DNA of 61,979 nt, the filler included, from Candidatus Woesearchaeota archaeon (lineage in GTDB: Archaea > Nanobdellota > Nanobdellia > Woesearchaeales > B72-G16), in the NCBI GenBank assembly GCA_003650545.1. It is 10 parts of 10 records of this genome, joined end to end, with 100 filler letters (N's around TTAATTAATTAA, not from the genome) between each part and the next. Parts side by side here need not be neighbours in the genome. Positions count along the whole stretch, not along the records: positions 7,932 to 15,383 come from QMQO01000050.1; positions 15,484 to 22,071 come from QMQO01000052.1; 8 more parts are not named here. One strand, 5' to 3'. The stretch's first letter is position 1. Each line of letters starts with the position of its first letter. A program made the position numbers and the translations under genes. This document shows, one piece after another, positions 8,201 to 18,600 of the stretch. Below the pieces are notes generated by a model. The model was given only the letters and a program-made list of their open reading frames with translations. It was not told where the DNA came from and did not search any database.

Positions 8201-8977
8201 ATGTTGACTGTTTGGCTAATAACCTTATTCAGTGTAATAATTGTTAGTATGATTTCATTAATAGGTATTTTTTTCCTTTTTCTAAAAGATAAAACACTGA
8301 AAAAAATTTTGCTTATACTTGTAAGCTTTTCTGCTGGCTCGTTGTTCGGAGGAGCTTTTGTACATCTTATTCCAGAAGCATTTAAAGAACTTCCTGCGAT
8401 ATTTGTGTCGATAGTCATTCTTTTAGGTATCGTGATTTTCTTTGTTATTGAAAAGTTTATTCACTGGCGCCATTGCCACAACATCGAATGTGAAGAAAAC
8501 TACTGTTATAATCCGAAGTGTACTAAACACCCAAAATCACTAGCATATATGAACTTAATTGGAGATTCTGTTCATAATTTTGTTGATGGATTGATAATAG
8601 GTGCAAGCTATCTTGTTAGTATACCCATTGGAATCACCACAACAATTGCTGTTGCTTTACACGAAATTCCCCAAGAGATTGGTGATTTTGGAGTGATGTT
8701 GAAAGGAGGACTTACAAAGAAAAGGGCATTGATGTTTAACTTTTTATCAGCTTTAACAGCAGTTTTAGGTGCTATAATCATTTTGATTTTGGGCTATAGA
8801 CTCCAAAGCCTTGCTATATACTTATTACCATTTGCTGCAGGAGGTTTTATCTATATCGCTGGTTCTGATTTGATTCCTGAGTTGCATAAAGAGATTAAAG
8901 TGAGTAAGACTCTGGTGCAACTGTTAGCATTGATTGTTGGAATTGGATTAATGTACTCTCTTCTTTTATTAGAATGA
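8201..8977 (+). CDS. ZIP family divalent metal (Zn) transporter
   Basis: HLIPEA, His/Cys-rich loop, GDSVHNFVDG, LHEIPQEIGDFG, AAGGFIYIAGSDLIPELH. Confidence 0.95.
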   Translation: MLTVWLITLFSVIIVSMISLIGIFFLFLKDKTLKKILLILVSFSAGSLFGGAFVHLIPEAFKELPAIFVSIVILLGIVIFFVIEKFIHWRHCHNIECEENYCYNPKCTKHPKSLAYMNLIGDSVHNFVDGLIIGASYLVSIPIGITTTIAVALHEIPQEIGDFGVMLKGGLTKKRALMFNFLSALTAVLGAIIILILGYRLQSLAIYLLPFAAGGFIYIAGSDLIPELHKEIKVSKTLVQLLALIVGIGLMYSLLLLE

Positions 8978-9034
8978 CTTTTTCCATGTTATATAAAAAG
9001 ATTTAAAAACAAACTTCTTATTCTTATTGTTATT

Positions 9035-9185
9035 AGCCCGGTGGTGTAGTGGACAATTGGAAATTGGAGAAAGCCAAAATCTTCGATTTTCAGACCAATC
9101 ATCCAGGATTTTGGGTCCTGGGACCTCGGTTCGAAATGTAGTTGTTTGAGGACCCAGACACTACACGTTTATCCGAGCCGGGCTA
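9035..9185 (+). tRNA. tRNA-Gln(TTG) with two non-canonical introns (21/22: 9057-9098; 59/60: 9136-9171)
   Basis: Acceptor AGCCCGG/CCGGGCT+A; anticodon arm CAGGA-TTTTGGG-TCCTG uninterrupted; T arm CTCGG-TTCGAA|T-CCGAG; introns fold into long stems with relaxed BHB motifs; TTTAAAAA TATA at about 9002. Confidence 0.9.
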
Positions 9186-9241
9186 TCATTTTTTATTTAT
9201 TGTTTACTATATAGTAAATATATGAGTTAAAATAAAATTGC

Positions 9242-9291
9242 AAAAAAAAGGTTTCGGGCTCCTGTTTTTGCTTGTTAGGACAGGAGCCCGA
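9242..9291 (-). terminator. Intrinsic-terminator-like hairpin
   Basis: Perfect 12-bp stem TCGGGCTCCTGT/ACAGGAGCCCGA followed on the minus strand by T8. Confidence 0.6.
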
Positions 9292-9314
9292 GAATATGAT
9301 AAAACCCAGGGAGG

Positions 9315-9425
9315 TTACTTCTCCTTTTCGGTTTTACTGCTTTTTGGTGGTGGCGTTTTTCTGCGAAAAATTATTGTTGTCTGCGGTGGTGTTTGGCATT
9401 GCATATACACTATTCCCTTTCCCAT
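9315..9425 (-). CDS. Small basic Pro-rich peptide (36 aa), not in the ORF track
   Basis: GGAGG SD 6 nt upstream; MGKGIVYMQCQTPPQTTIIFRRKTPPPKSSKTEKEK*; followed by a terminator-like hairpin. Confidence 0.5.
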   Translation of the reverse strand: MGKGIVYMQCQTPPQTTIIFRRKTPPPKSSKTEKEK

Positions 9426-9468
9426 TTTGAACCTCCTTTCTTAAGATTTTACCATAAAAAGTAACAAA

Positions 9469-9945
9469 TTATCTATCGTCCGGTACAGGCTTTTCAATGC
9501 TTAATATGTCAGCCAATGTTGTAGTATTGTTGTGTGACTTAAAATATACAAAAAAAGGAACAGGATCGTTATTAATTGCAATCTTGAATTTTGGATAAAC
9601 TGGATAATCTTCTCCGTAGAACTTTATGATGATAGTTAGGATATCTTCTGTTCTAGCATTGTAGTTCTTTATTTCGAGTGAGTGTAGTTCTTCTGTGCTT
9701 AGGTAATGTTCTGTAAAAATGTAAGGTGGGTACTCGTAACCCTTTGTATTACAAACTAAAACTGTACGCTTACCATGGACACCGTCCCAGTAAATTTTGA
9801 TTTTTTTTGAATCCTCTACTGTCTGTGCACAGACGTAAAAAACATGTACGTCTTCAGGTTTTTGTGCCTTCCTGGTTGTTGTGATTGCTAAGCCAACTAA
9901 TGAGATCAAAATCAGAACGATTAGATATTTGGTTGTTTTGGTCAT
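9469..9945 (-). CDS. Hypothetical secreted or membrane-anchored protein
   Basis: GGAGG SD; N-terminal hydrophobic helix; no recognised domain. Confidence 0.7.
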   Translation of the reverse strand: MTKTTKYLIVLILISLVGLAITTTRKAQKPEDVHVFYVCAQTVEDSKKIKIYWDGVHGKRTVLVCNTKGYEYPPYIFTEHYLSTEELHSLEIKNYNARTEDILTIIIKFYGEDYPVYPKFKIAINNDPVPFFVYFKSHNNTTTLADILSIEKPVPDDR

Positions 9946-10673
9946 CTTTTTTCCTCCATTAACATTTTTCTATCAACAAAAGTCTTAACAGTAGAAAGAT
10001 GATTCAAATCGTTTTAAGGTATGTTAAGTTGGCCTCCTTTCTCTGTAAAATCTTGAGGGAAAAACTTGATATATGGTTTTTTCATAGAATAAGTAAAATG
10101 TATATGGAAATCTTCATAGCATACGCTATAAAAATGTTGTTTACTTGGTTCTCATTTTTTCGTCAAAATCTACATGAAAACCATGATGCGCATCTTTGTT
10201 TTTCTGGCAGTGATAAACCTTTTACCCTGCTTTTTCGAAACACAAAGAGCACAAAAAAAGTAGCAACATTGTCTGTATCTCATTCCTTTTTACGGTTAAG
10301 AGATTTTCACAAACAGTTGCCTACTTTTGTAAGTTAAACACCCAAAGTTACTTAATGGGTATTCTTACTCTTAATTACTACATACTAATAGTAAAAAGAT
10401 GTTGCTTTGTACTATATAAACTTTTCGTCCTTGAGTAGTGGTAGTATTTATATAAAATAATTTTCAATATAGAAAATTTAAAAAAAAGAAACTGGATTAG
10501 ACCAGTTTTGCAAGAATATGAAGAATTATAGCAATTAATACTGGGATTATAGCACACTTAATGATAGCTGTTGTTGATGTTGCAAAGAATGCGCTTATTA
10601 ACCCAGTTGCTATGAATATTGCTGGCACTATAAATTTGAAAAGAATCATGAGATATGTTCTCCTTGCTTTTGT

Positions 10674-10988
10674 TTAGTTTTTTAACCTTGTAGCAATGTA
10701 AGGAGCCAACTCTTCGAGGGATGAACCTTTTTTCCTTGCCCATCTGCTCCATTTTCGATAGTCCCTTGCATCAAAAATGCAAGGTATAGGAATCATCATG
10801 TCAGAACTGGACTCAAATATCATGTTATTGCATTTATTCACTTTCCCCTTGTTATTCTTTGGGTTGAATGGGTCTATACCTGCCATGCTTGCAACAATGA
10901 CTTCAGGCACTGATCCTTTCTTCTCCAAAACTGTTAGAAGATTGATCGGAACTAAAATCTCAGTTTCTACTTTGTTGCTTTCTCTCAA
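10674..10988 (-). CDS. Hypothetical protein (about 104 aa)
   Basis: Open frame; probable TTG start at 10988 with GGAGG SD (ORF track start at 11027 lies inside a hairpin). Confidence 0.55.
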   Translation of the reverse strand: MRESNKVETEILVPINLLTVLEKKGSVPEVIVASMAGIDPFNPKNNKGKVNKCNNMIFESSSDMMIPIPCIFDARDYRKWSRWARKKGSSLEELAPYIATRLKN

Positions 10989-11755
10989 TTTTATCCTCCA
11001 TTTCCAGAGACTTAGGGACGGCCTCATTTAAAAAGCAAACAAGACCGTCCCCTGTCTTCTGAAAAACTTGTGCCGGTTTGTTTGTTGTTAGAATTTATAA
11101 TATTATGTCAAGTTTCAAAAGCCAACAACAAACTTGTTGAGATATGATTATCTCTTTGCATATAACTATTAACCCTGATTTCACCCTGTTTTTTTTTTGG
11201 GGCTACTTTTCTCCGGGCTAAAAATGCTAAGAGAAAATCCTCAACAGAATGCTATGCTCCCTGCTCCGGCACTGAGCAGCACAGCAGGGCAAGAGTTTTT
11301 CGGTGGAACTCTTCCGAAAACCCCATTTACTTCATCCCCCTTTTTATCACCTCCTTTCTATTCAGTTTACTTTTTTATTCGGTAAATTATCACCCCCCTT
11401 TTTTCAGGATTTCATCATTCCCGTTAAATACATTCAAAAAATTAAAAAATGTGTGCCGACCACTCTCTACTTGCTTCGCCTTAGCAGTCGGCACACCCTA
11501 AAGGAGTTTATGAATGAAGCGGCCTATAGCAGAACAGTAGCACAAATCTATATTAAGTCTTAAAGACATTGTTTTCGGGGCTGTCCTGCCCTTCTTTTTT
11601 TGTTATCGGCAAAAGGGGGAGATCCACCACCAGAGCTGGACAGGACAGCCATTCACTTTTGAAAGGGAAAAGACAGCCATTTGCTAATTTGCTAAAAGGA
11701 AAAATTATGAGAAAAATTATATACAGCTAAAGCTAAAGAATTCTAATTTTTTTAA

Positions 11756-11781
11756 TTTTCCATCGATAAACCGATGGAAAA
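11756..11781 (-). terminator. Hairpin just downstream of the ATPase stop
   Basis: TTTTCCATCG/CGATGGAAAA 10-bp stem, 11 nt after the stop codon. Confidence 0.5.
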
Positions 11782-11792
11782 CCCCTCATAGG

Positions 11793-13730
11793 CTATTTTG
11801 CCTCTAATGAGGATCTGCCAAGGTCTGTTATTGTTATGGATTTTTTCCAACCTTTGGCAGTGCGGATTTCTTTAACTGTTATAAGTCCTTTCTTTAGCAA
11901 CCCTTTTTTCAAGGTGTTACCTTTACGTGCACTCAGCTTCAATGCCTTGTATAATGCAGTTGTGCTGGGGTAAGCACGGTTCAGAAGCTTTCTTAACATA
12001 TTAGCTTCATCTGGACTTATCTCTGGTTTAATAGATAAATATGACTTTTTAACATCAGTGATATGGCCCTCTTCTTTACTAACCTCTTCAAGAGCCTTAT
12101 TAATGTCCTTTAATCTATAACCACATTTTAGTAGATGATCACGAATTTGGTATGGATGATAACCGGTGTATCTCTGCTCCTTTATATATTTTACTAAATT
12201 TTCAATCAACTGTTGTTTTGTGAAGTCTGCAGCAGGCTCAACACCTATATGCTTTAACATATCTTCTTGAGCCTTTATTTTCTTTTTTATATTTTCCAGT
12301 CTACATGATTCCTTGAAAAGTTTCATGCGTTTGTCATATTTTGTAATGTCTTTCATTCTATTTCGGATCTCTTCATCTGTAATTTTCGCTTGTCTAAAAT
12401 CAATCATAGGCACCTTGATTAGAAATGGACTATAGTAACGTTCTGCTAGTTTCACTATAGCCTGACCTACTGGAAGCATCGTGAAAAACCTCTTATGCTC
12501 GCGAAGCTGCATTAGGCCTGAGATCGCATCAACATCCTGAGGAAGCATCTGTTGAAAAGCAATGTTTGTTGCTGAATTGCCTGCAACAGTCTCGCTTAGC
12601 TTAGAGATATGCTGGTCAAGACAAATTAGACTAATCCCATACTCGCGTAGCTCGCGATAGATCATGTCTGTAACTGACTCTTTTACAAATTGAGGCCTAT
12701 CCTTAAGAAAGACATTGTGAGCCTCATCCACCAAGATTGCAAAATCAAACGTGCTTTTGATGTGTTGTTGGCTGGTCTTCATCAGTTTATAGATGTATGT
12801 CAGGATGAACTCACAGAAAAATTTTTTCTCAGAGCTGCTCAAAGAATGTAGCTCAAAGATAACTTGTTTATCCAATAGTTCCTCAACCTTCATGCTTAAT
12901 TGGTCTTTACTGTTTATTGCTTCTCCAAAAGCACCAAATGTCAATGCGTGACCGATTCTTAAAGCAGACTCCATCCACTCTGCCTCTCGTCCACGTTTCA
13001 TATCTTCAGCTTTATCTTCTAGTCTGTCAAGGATCTGGTGCCATGTTGGAAAGTTGTCACTCCCCTTATAAACGCCGAAGTTGCGAAACACCTCATCCAT
13101 TGTCTCACGAATGATCTTATGAACACCAAAGCTTGCGAAAAAACTCTCGTTAATAAGGTCACATAGTAGGTTCATCCATTCTTTTGGAGCCACATCTTTT
13201 GGTGGCCTGTTTACATTTATCTTGAAGAAGTTAGCAACATTCTCATTGCCGATTGTGTAACACATGATGTTTTTGTTTAGAGTTAGCAAAGGACGAAAGC
13301 TTTTCTTCCAGTCAAATACAAGAAAAGGTTTTTTCTTTGCAATGAAATTCTTTAATATAACAAAGGCAAAGTTTGTTTTACCAGAACCAGACATCCCGGA
13401 GATGCAAACATGTCTTGGCCAATCTTGCTCGCGTAAACCAAATGGATAAAGGTCACGATCTGCGTATGAGACTATTCCTAATGGATATTCGCCTTTTATA
13501 ACTTCTTTTGGTGGCGGCTCTAATAGGATTTTCTCGCTAAGTATGCTTTCTGATAGGTGTTTATGATACAATGCTATTAGCATTTGTTCGATTTCACGTT
13601 TTTGTTCTAGTGTGTCTGCTAATGAATATTTCAGATAAAGATCGTCTATCCTTTTTCCAAGAATAGGTCTAAGCTTTCTACAGAGTTCTTCTACTGTCAA
13701 TGTTTGTGGCATCTTGGGTTTTTTACTCAA
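11793..13730 (-). CDS. HerA/VirB4/DUF87-like ATPase with a C-terminal winged-helix-like region
   Basis: Walker A GMSGSGKT, FLVFDWK, Walker B ILVDEAH, ELREYG and DQ motifs; basic C-terminal HTH-like segment. Confidence 0.85.
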   Translation of the reverse strand: MSKKPKMPQTLTVEELCRKLRPILGKRIDDLYLKYSLADTLEQKREIEQMLIALYHKHLSESILSEKILLEPPPKEVIKGEYPLGIVSYADRDLYPFGLREQDWPRHVCISGMSGSGKTNFAFVILKNFIAKKKPFLVFDWKKSFRPLLTLNKNIMCYTIGNENVANFFKINVNRPPKDVAPKEWMNLLCDLINESFFASFGVHKIIRETMDEVFRNFGVYKGSDNFPTWHQILDRLEDKAEDMKRGREAEWMESALRIGHALTFGAFGEAINSKDQLSMKVEELLDKQVIFELHSLSSSEKKFFCEFILTYIYKLMKTSQQHIKSTFDFAILVDEAHNVFLKDRPQFVKESVTDMIYRELREYGISLICLDQHISKLSETVAGNSATNIAFQQMLPQDVDAISGLMQLREHKRFFTMLPVGQAIVKLAERYYSPFLIKVPMIDFRQAKITDEEIRNRMKDITKYDKRMKLFKESCRLENIKKKIKAQEDMLKHIGVEPAADFTKQQLIENLVKYIKEQRYTGYHPYQIRDHLLKCGYRLKDINKALEEVSKEEGHITDVKKSYLSIKPEISPDEANMLRKLLNRAYPSTTALYKALKLSARKGNTLKKGLLKKGLITVKEIRTAKGWKKSITITDLGRSSLEAK

Positions 13731-14136
13731 GTAATTTATCTAGCATTGTTGCGCGTGTTTCTTTTTCGCGGAATTCCTGTAGGCGTTCTCTTAATTCGTG
13801 TTTTAGATCGGCTATGTCACGCCATGCATTCAGTTTTTCCTGAATCTTAAGTTGCTCAATCTCAATTTGCTTCTTTTTAAGATCGAATTGTTCTTTTGGT
13901 GTAAGGTTTTCGCCTAGCTGGAGAATGAAATTGTTTAGGCCTGATTCAATCTTCTCTATATCCATGAAAATCTCCTTATTCAGCCTCTCTCTCTTATTTA
14001 TTAAATCCTCTATGTCTTCTACAACTGCTTTCATCGAACCAATACGCTCTGTCTGTAGCTCTTTGAAAATCTTATCCACTTCTGTTTTTGGAATTCCCTT
14101 TGGCAGATATTTTTCAAGAATGTCTTCTTTCTTCAT
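13723..14136 (-). CDS. Coiled-coil hypothetical protein, overlapping the ATPase start
   Basis: Heptad-rich E/K/L sequence; 8-nt overlap with the downstream ATPase. Confidence 0.8.
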   Translation of the reverse strand: MKKEDILEKYLPKGIPKTEVDKIFKELQTERIGSMKAVVEDIEDLINKRERLNKEIFMDIEKIESGLNNFILQLGENLTPKEQFDLKKKQIEIEQLKIQEKLNAWRDIADLKHELRERLQEFREKETRATMLDKLLE

Positions 14137-14514
14137 TTTTCATACAGATTAATTTTGTTAAATAGCTAAATAGGTGTAAATTGAAGTATTTAAATCTTGT
14201 GGGTATTTCGCTTTTTTCTGGTTTTTCCAAAGACCTATCTAAATTTGGAAATTTATAATCAATATAGAAGATATTTTTTTTAAAAAAAAAAGAAGAATTA
14301 AATATGTAGGAAACTAATGTAATAGCAATGAACAATGTTCTTGCTATAGAATATAATTGGTGGCTTTTTTAACATTTAGTTTTAGGAGTGTTATTTAAAT
14401 AATCACTTTTTTTATTCAACTACTCGCACACCAACGGTTTCTTGAGAGGGGAAAGGACTATAGAAACTCGCCACCCTTAAGTTTCAAATTAAAATCTAAT
14501 TTTATTTTGGGCTG

Positions 14515-14817
14515 TTATTTGGGAATAAGCAGATATGTTACTCCGCCTATCACAGCCTCGCCTGCAGAAGGGCCGAAGAGCAATGACACAAAAATCGCTA
14601 CGATGATCACAATCACTACGATCACCGTTACCACCAATCCGACCCCGATTGTGATCGGAAAAAATATTAGTGGCAGAATCAATGCCACCACTATCCCCCA
14701 CCCACCGTCGGCTCCCACAGCCTCCAGGATCGGGCATATTATCATCGATAATATGCTGAAGGAGGCTATGTAGCCAACAACCATAAAGATTGCAGATAAG
14801 ACGACGTTCCCTTCCAT
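14515..14817 (-). CDS. Small very hydrophobic membrane protein
   Basis: AGGAGG SD; three hydrophobic segments. Confidence 0.65.
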   Translation of the reverse strand: MEGNVVLSAIFMVVGYIASFSILSMIICPILEAVGADGGWGIVVALILPLIFFPITIGVGLVVTVIVVIVIIVAIFVSLLFGPSAGEAVIGGVTYLLIPK

Positions 14818-15663
14818 TGTACTCCTCCTTTTGCTTTTTTTTTAATTAATTTATCAGAACTAAAATTCTTACGGAATGGTTTCATTACCTCCTTTCTTGA
14901 GATTTTCCGTTTTATTTTAGATCAAAAGTTAAAAACACAATAGATTTATCAAGAAGATCTATCAGGAACTAATTATAGATTGAACATTATAGATTGAACT
15001 AGTTATAGTTACTCTTACTTTTATAATTACCTTAAATTTTATTATAATTACTTTTATTAAGATTTTCTGCCAGCAGGTTTTCCAGCATGAAAATGCTCAG
15101 GAAAATGCTCCACCTCAAAGGCTTCTACGCATTTTAAATCTTGCCAAACTTTGCAGCACTCTCGGCTTAAGATGAATGCTTTATAGCAAAGTTAAAACCA
15201 AAATTGGTTTAAAGGCAAATATATCGTCTGAATTCTAGGTTAGATAAACCTTTAAGGTTTAAATACTTTTAGACAGATTTGCCGAAAAATATTCGATAGT
15301 TTTTATGTGTATGTTTTTGTTTAAGTAACAATAACCAATTTAGATGTTGTTTTTGATTTAATTAACAACAACCAATAAATACANNNNNNNNNNNNNNNNN
15401 NNNNNNNNNNNNNNNNNNNNNNNNNNNTTAATTAATTAANNNNNNNNNNNNNNNNNNNNNNNNNNNNNNNNNNNNNNNNNNNNATATAAGACTCTTTAGG
15501 TTATTTCTAAAATTAAACATTTATTTAAAATTAAAGTTACATTGAAATAATTATAAAATAAATAAAATATAGTAGAATTATTTCAACATACAAAACATAC
15601 AAAAAGAGAGGAGTAAATTTTCCTCCTCAACATCATCATTTCATTTAACTTAATCGTCTTATC

Positions 15664-18600
15664 TCATCTCAAAAGCACCATCTTCTTTACTTTGAAATAC
15701 TTACTAGCTTTTATGGCATATATATAAATACCTGATGCTACTCTAATATCTGCCTGATTTTTTCCATCCCATAAAACCTTATGGTATCCTGCTTTTTTGT
15801 ATTCATTTACAAGAGTTTTCACTTCTTGTCCCAGCATATTAAATATCTTTAACTGAACTTTAGTCCCTACAGGTAAATCATATTTTATCGTTGTTGTGGG
15901 ATTAAAAGGATTAGGATAATTCTGTCTCAGAGCAAAAGTCTTTGGGGGTTTAACAGTTACTGATATAGTCTTTGATACTACCTCAAAGCCCATTATATTG
16001 ACAGCCTCAATCCGATAATAATAAATCCTTCCAATTTCCACATCACTATCGATCAAACGATACTTACCTTTATTTCCTTTAATAACCTTCTTATTCAGTT
16101 GTGTAAAATCTTTATCCTTATAGAAGCTCCTGAATACATTAAATCCCGAAATATTCTTTTCTAATGTAGTTTCCCATTCAAGTTCTACATACCCTCCTAC
16201 ATCATTTCCTCTGAAGAAAGCGAGCTCAACTTCTGTTGCCATAGTTGTATCAGCAATAAAAGAAGAAATATTCATCCAAGGTCCATAGAAAATATTATCA
16301 AATGCTCTTGCTTTCCAATAGTAAACCTGATTGTGTTTTAATATCTGCCCTATTGGCCATATTGTTGTTCCATACATCCCTTCTTCTATGTTCTCCTTAA
16401 AGACAACAACCTGATAGAAACTTGAATCTTCGGCAACTATAAATGAATAAAGTAACTTTTCTCTTCCTGCTGGCTTTTTAGAATTAATTATTTGCAATGT
16501 TGCATCTTTTGCTGACACTCTCTCCCCAGAAATTGGATAATATAATACAGGTGCTGTTGGAATATTTAGCAATTTCGGAATAGCTTGAACAATACTTGAA
16601 GCTTCACTACTATTAGACGGGGTAACATTATCCACCGCCCTTATCTGATATTCATAGGTAACATCATTATTAAGTCCTACATCAATATAGAAGGTATCTG
16701 TTACAAGGGTAGCAATTGGAGTAAATGTATCATTTATTTTCCTGTAAACATCATATCCTGCAAGGTCTCCTTCAGTGTTTTTATTCCATCGCAACAATAC
16801 CTTTTTACTGCCTGCAATAGCCTCAAAACCAATTGGAACTGCCGGTGGAATTGTATCTTTAGCTGCCTTCGTCTTGAAGGTCATATCCACCTGAGCAAGT
16901 GCTTCATTATCACTCTTATCAATTGAACCAACACGGAAATGATAAAGCGTATCTATTGCAAGGTTTGTGAGGGTAATCTTATGCTGCAGTACATCCTGTG
17001 AACTGCCAACCTTATAACCATAGTTCGAGGTAAAACCATAATCTATGAAACTGTCGCTCAATTCATCAGTATTCCACTCAATTGTTGCTGTCTGGTCAGT
17101 TGTTGCAGAGACAACAATATTAGATATTACTGGTGGAGTTACATCTGGAGTTTCTGCTGTCTTAAAGCTCATATCATCACTGGATGATGGACCATTATTA
17201 TCTATATCTGTTGAAAAGACCTTAAAATGATATTCTGTATTGGCGTTCAGATTCGTAATAGTTATCCTGTGAACTGTAACATTTTCGGTCATGTTCTTTG
17301 TGGTACCATAATTCACATCGGTTCCAATATCTACCCTCGAATTACTTGGTTCATCCGTTTCCCAGACAATAGTTGCCTGATTATCAGTTATTGATTCTAC
17401 GGTAGGACCTGCAGTAATTCTTGGAGGCGTTACATCTGCTTCACTTTCTGTGTTTACTATAGAATTAGAGCTTTTAGTTGGCCCATTATCGTTCACATCT
17501 GTAGAATTCACTTTCAAATTGTAAAGGGTATTCGATTCAAGATTCGTAATAGTAATAGAATGTTCAAAAACATCAGCAGCTTCTCCTTTTATTTCTCCAT
17601 AATTTGCTGTTTTGCCATATTCAATAAAAGAATCACTCCTTTCATCAGTCTTCCAGTAAACAGTAACAGTTGAATTAGTCCTTGATACAATTTTCGGACC
17701 TTCAATGATAAGTGGTTTTTGATTATCAACAGTTTGGCTTGTATGAAATGTTCCATCTCCACCCGGCGGCTGCATTGTTTTTCTTATCGCAAGAATCTTT
17801 TCAATACTCTTTGACTCGCCTGTTGCAGGCCAGGAAAATATATTACCTGCATAGTCAGTAGATGTCAGTGTGAACTCATACTCCACTCCCTTCTCCAAAT
17901 TAGTAATAGTAATTATATGAACCAGTACCTTTTTTTCATCTCCAGCTTTCTTGTATTTCTTTGTTGAACCCTTCTCCTTGTAATATACAAAAGTATCCGA
18001 AAGTTCATCAGTTTCCCATTCAAAGGTCGCCGATTTATCTGTAGAAGAGGTTTCGGGACCCCTTACCAGATTTGGTGGTATATTATCAGGTCTCTCTAAA
18101 GTCTTGAAGGTTCTTATTATGCTGAATACTTTATTTTGATTCGGACTTAAATCGCTCGAAGAAACTTTATATTTATATTCTGTGTCAGGAGTAAGATTCG
18201 TGAGTATTATTTTATGCTTTATCACACCTGATGCATCAAAGTCACTATATTGAGAGTGAGACAATGCATCTATACCATATTCAATATAACTATTAGAGAG
18301 CTCATCCGTCTCCCATTCAATAGTTACTTTGTCATGTTCGATGGCAGTAGGTGCAGGACCGCTGATAATCTTCGGGGGAACTAAATCAGGCACGGCTTTT
18401 GTCGTAAATGTAAAATCCCCGGATTGAACTACCTTAAGATTCTCAGATTTAGATTCTACCATATAATGATAAGTCGTTCCAGATTCTAAACCCGTTAAAG
18501 TAACCTTATGCTCTTTTACTCCCTGCATCATATCCATTTTTTCTGTATTTCCATAAGAAGCATCTTTGCCGTAGTATATCACACTGCTGGCTATTTTATC

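Noticed and set aside
9999..10337. 112-aa plus-strand ORF and the other short ORFs at 9238, 10558, 10777, 11197 and 11303
   Set aside because: No SD or recognisable motif, low-complexity composition, and overlap with better-supported minus-strand features or hairpins
11213..11220. CCGGGCTA matching the tRNA-Gln 3' end as a possible att site
   Set aside because: Only 8 bp and no integrase on the contig; compatible with chance
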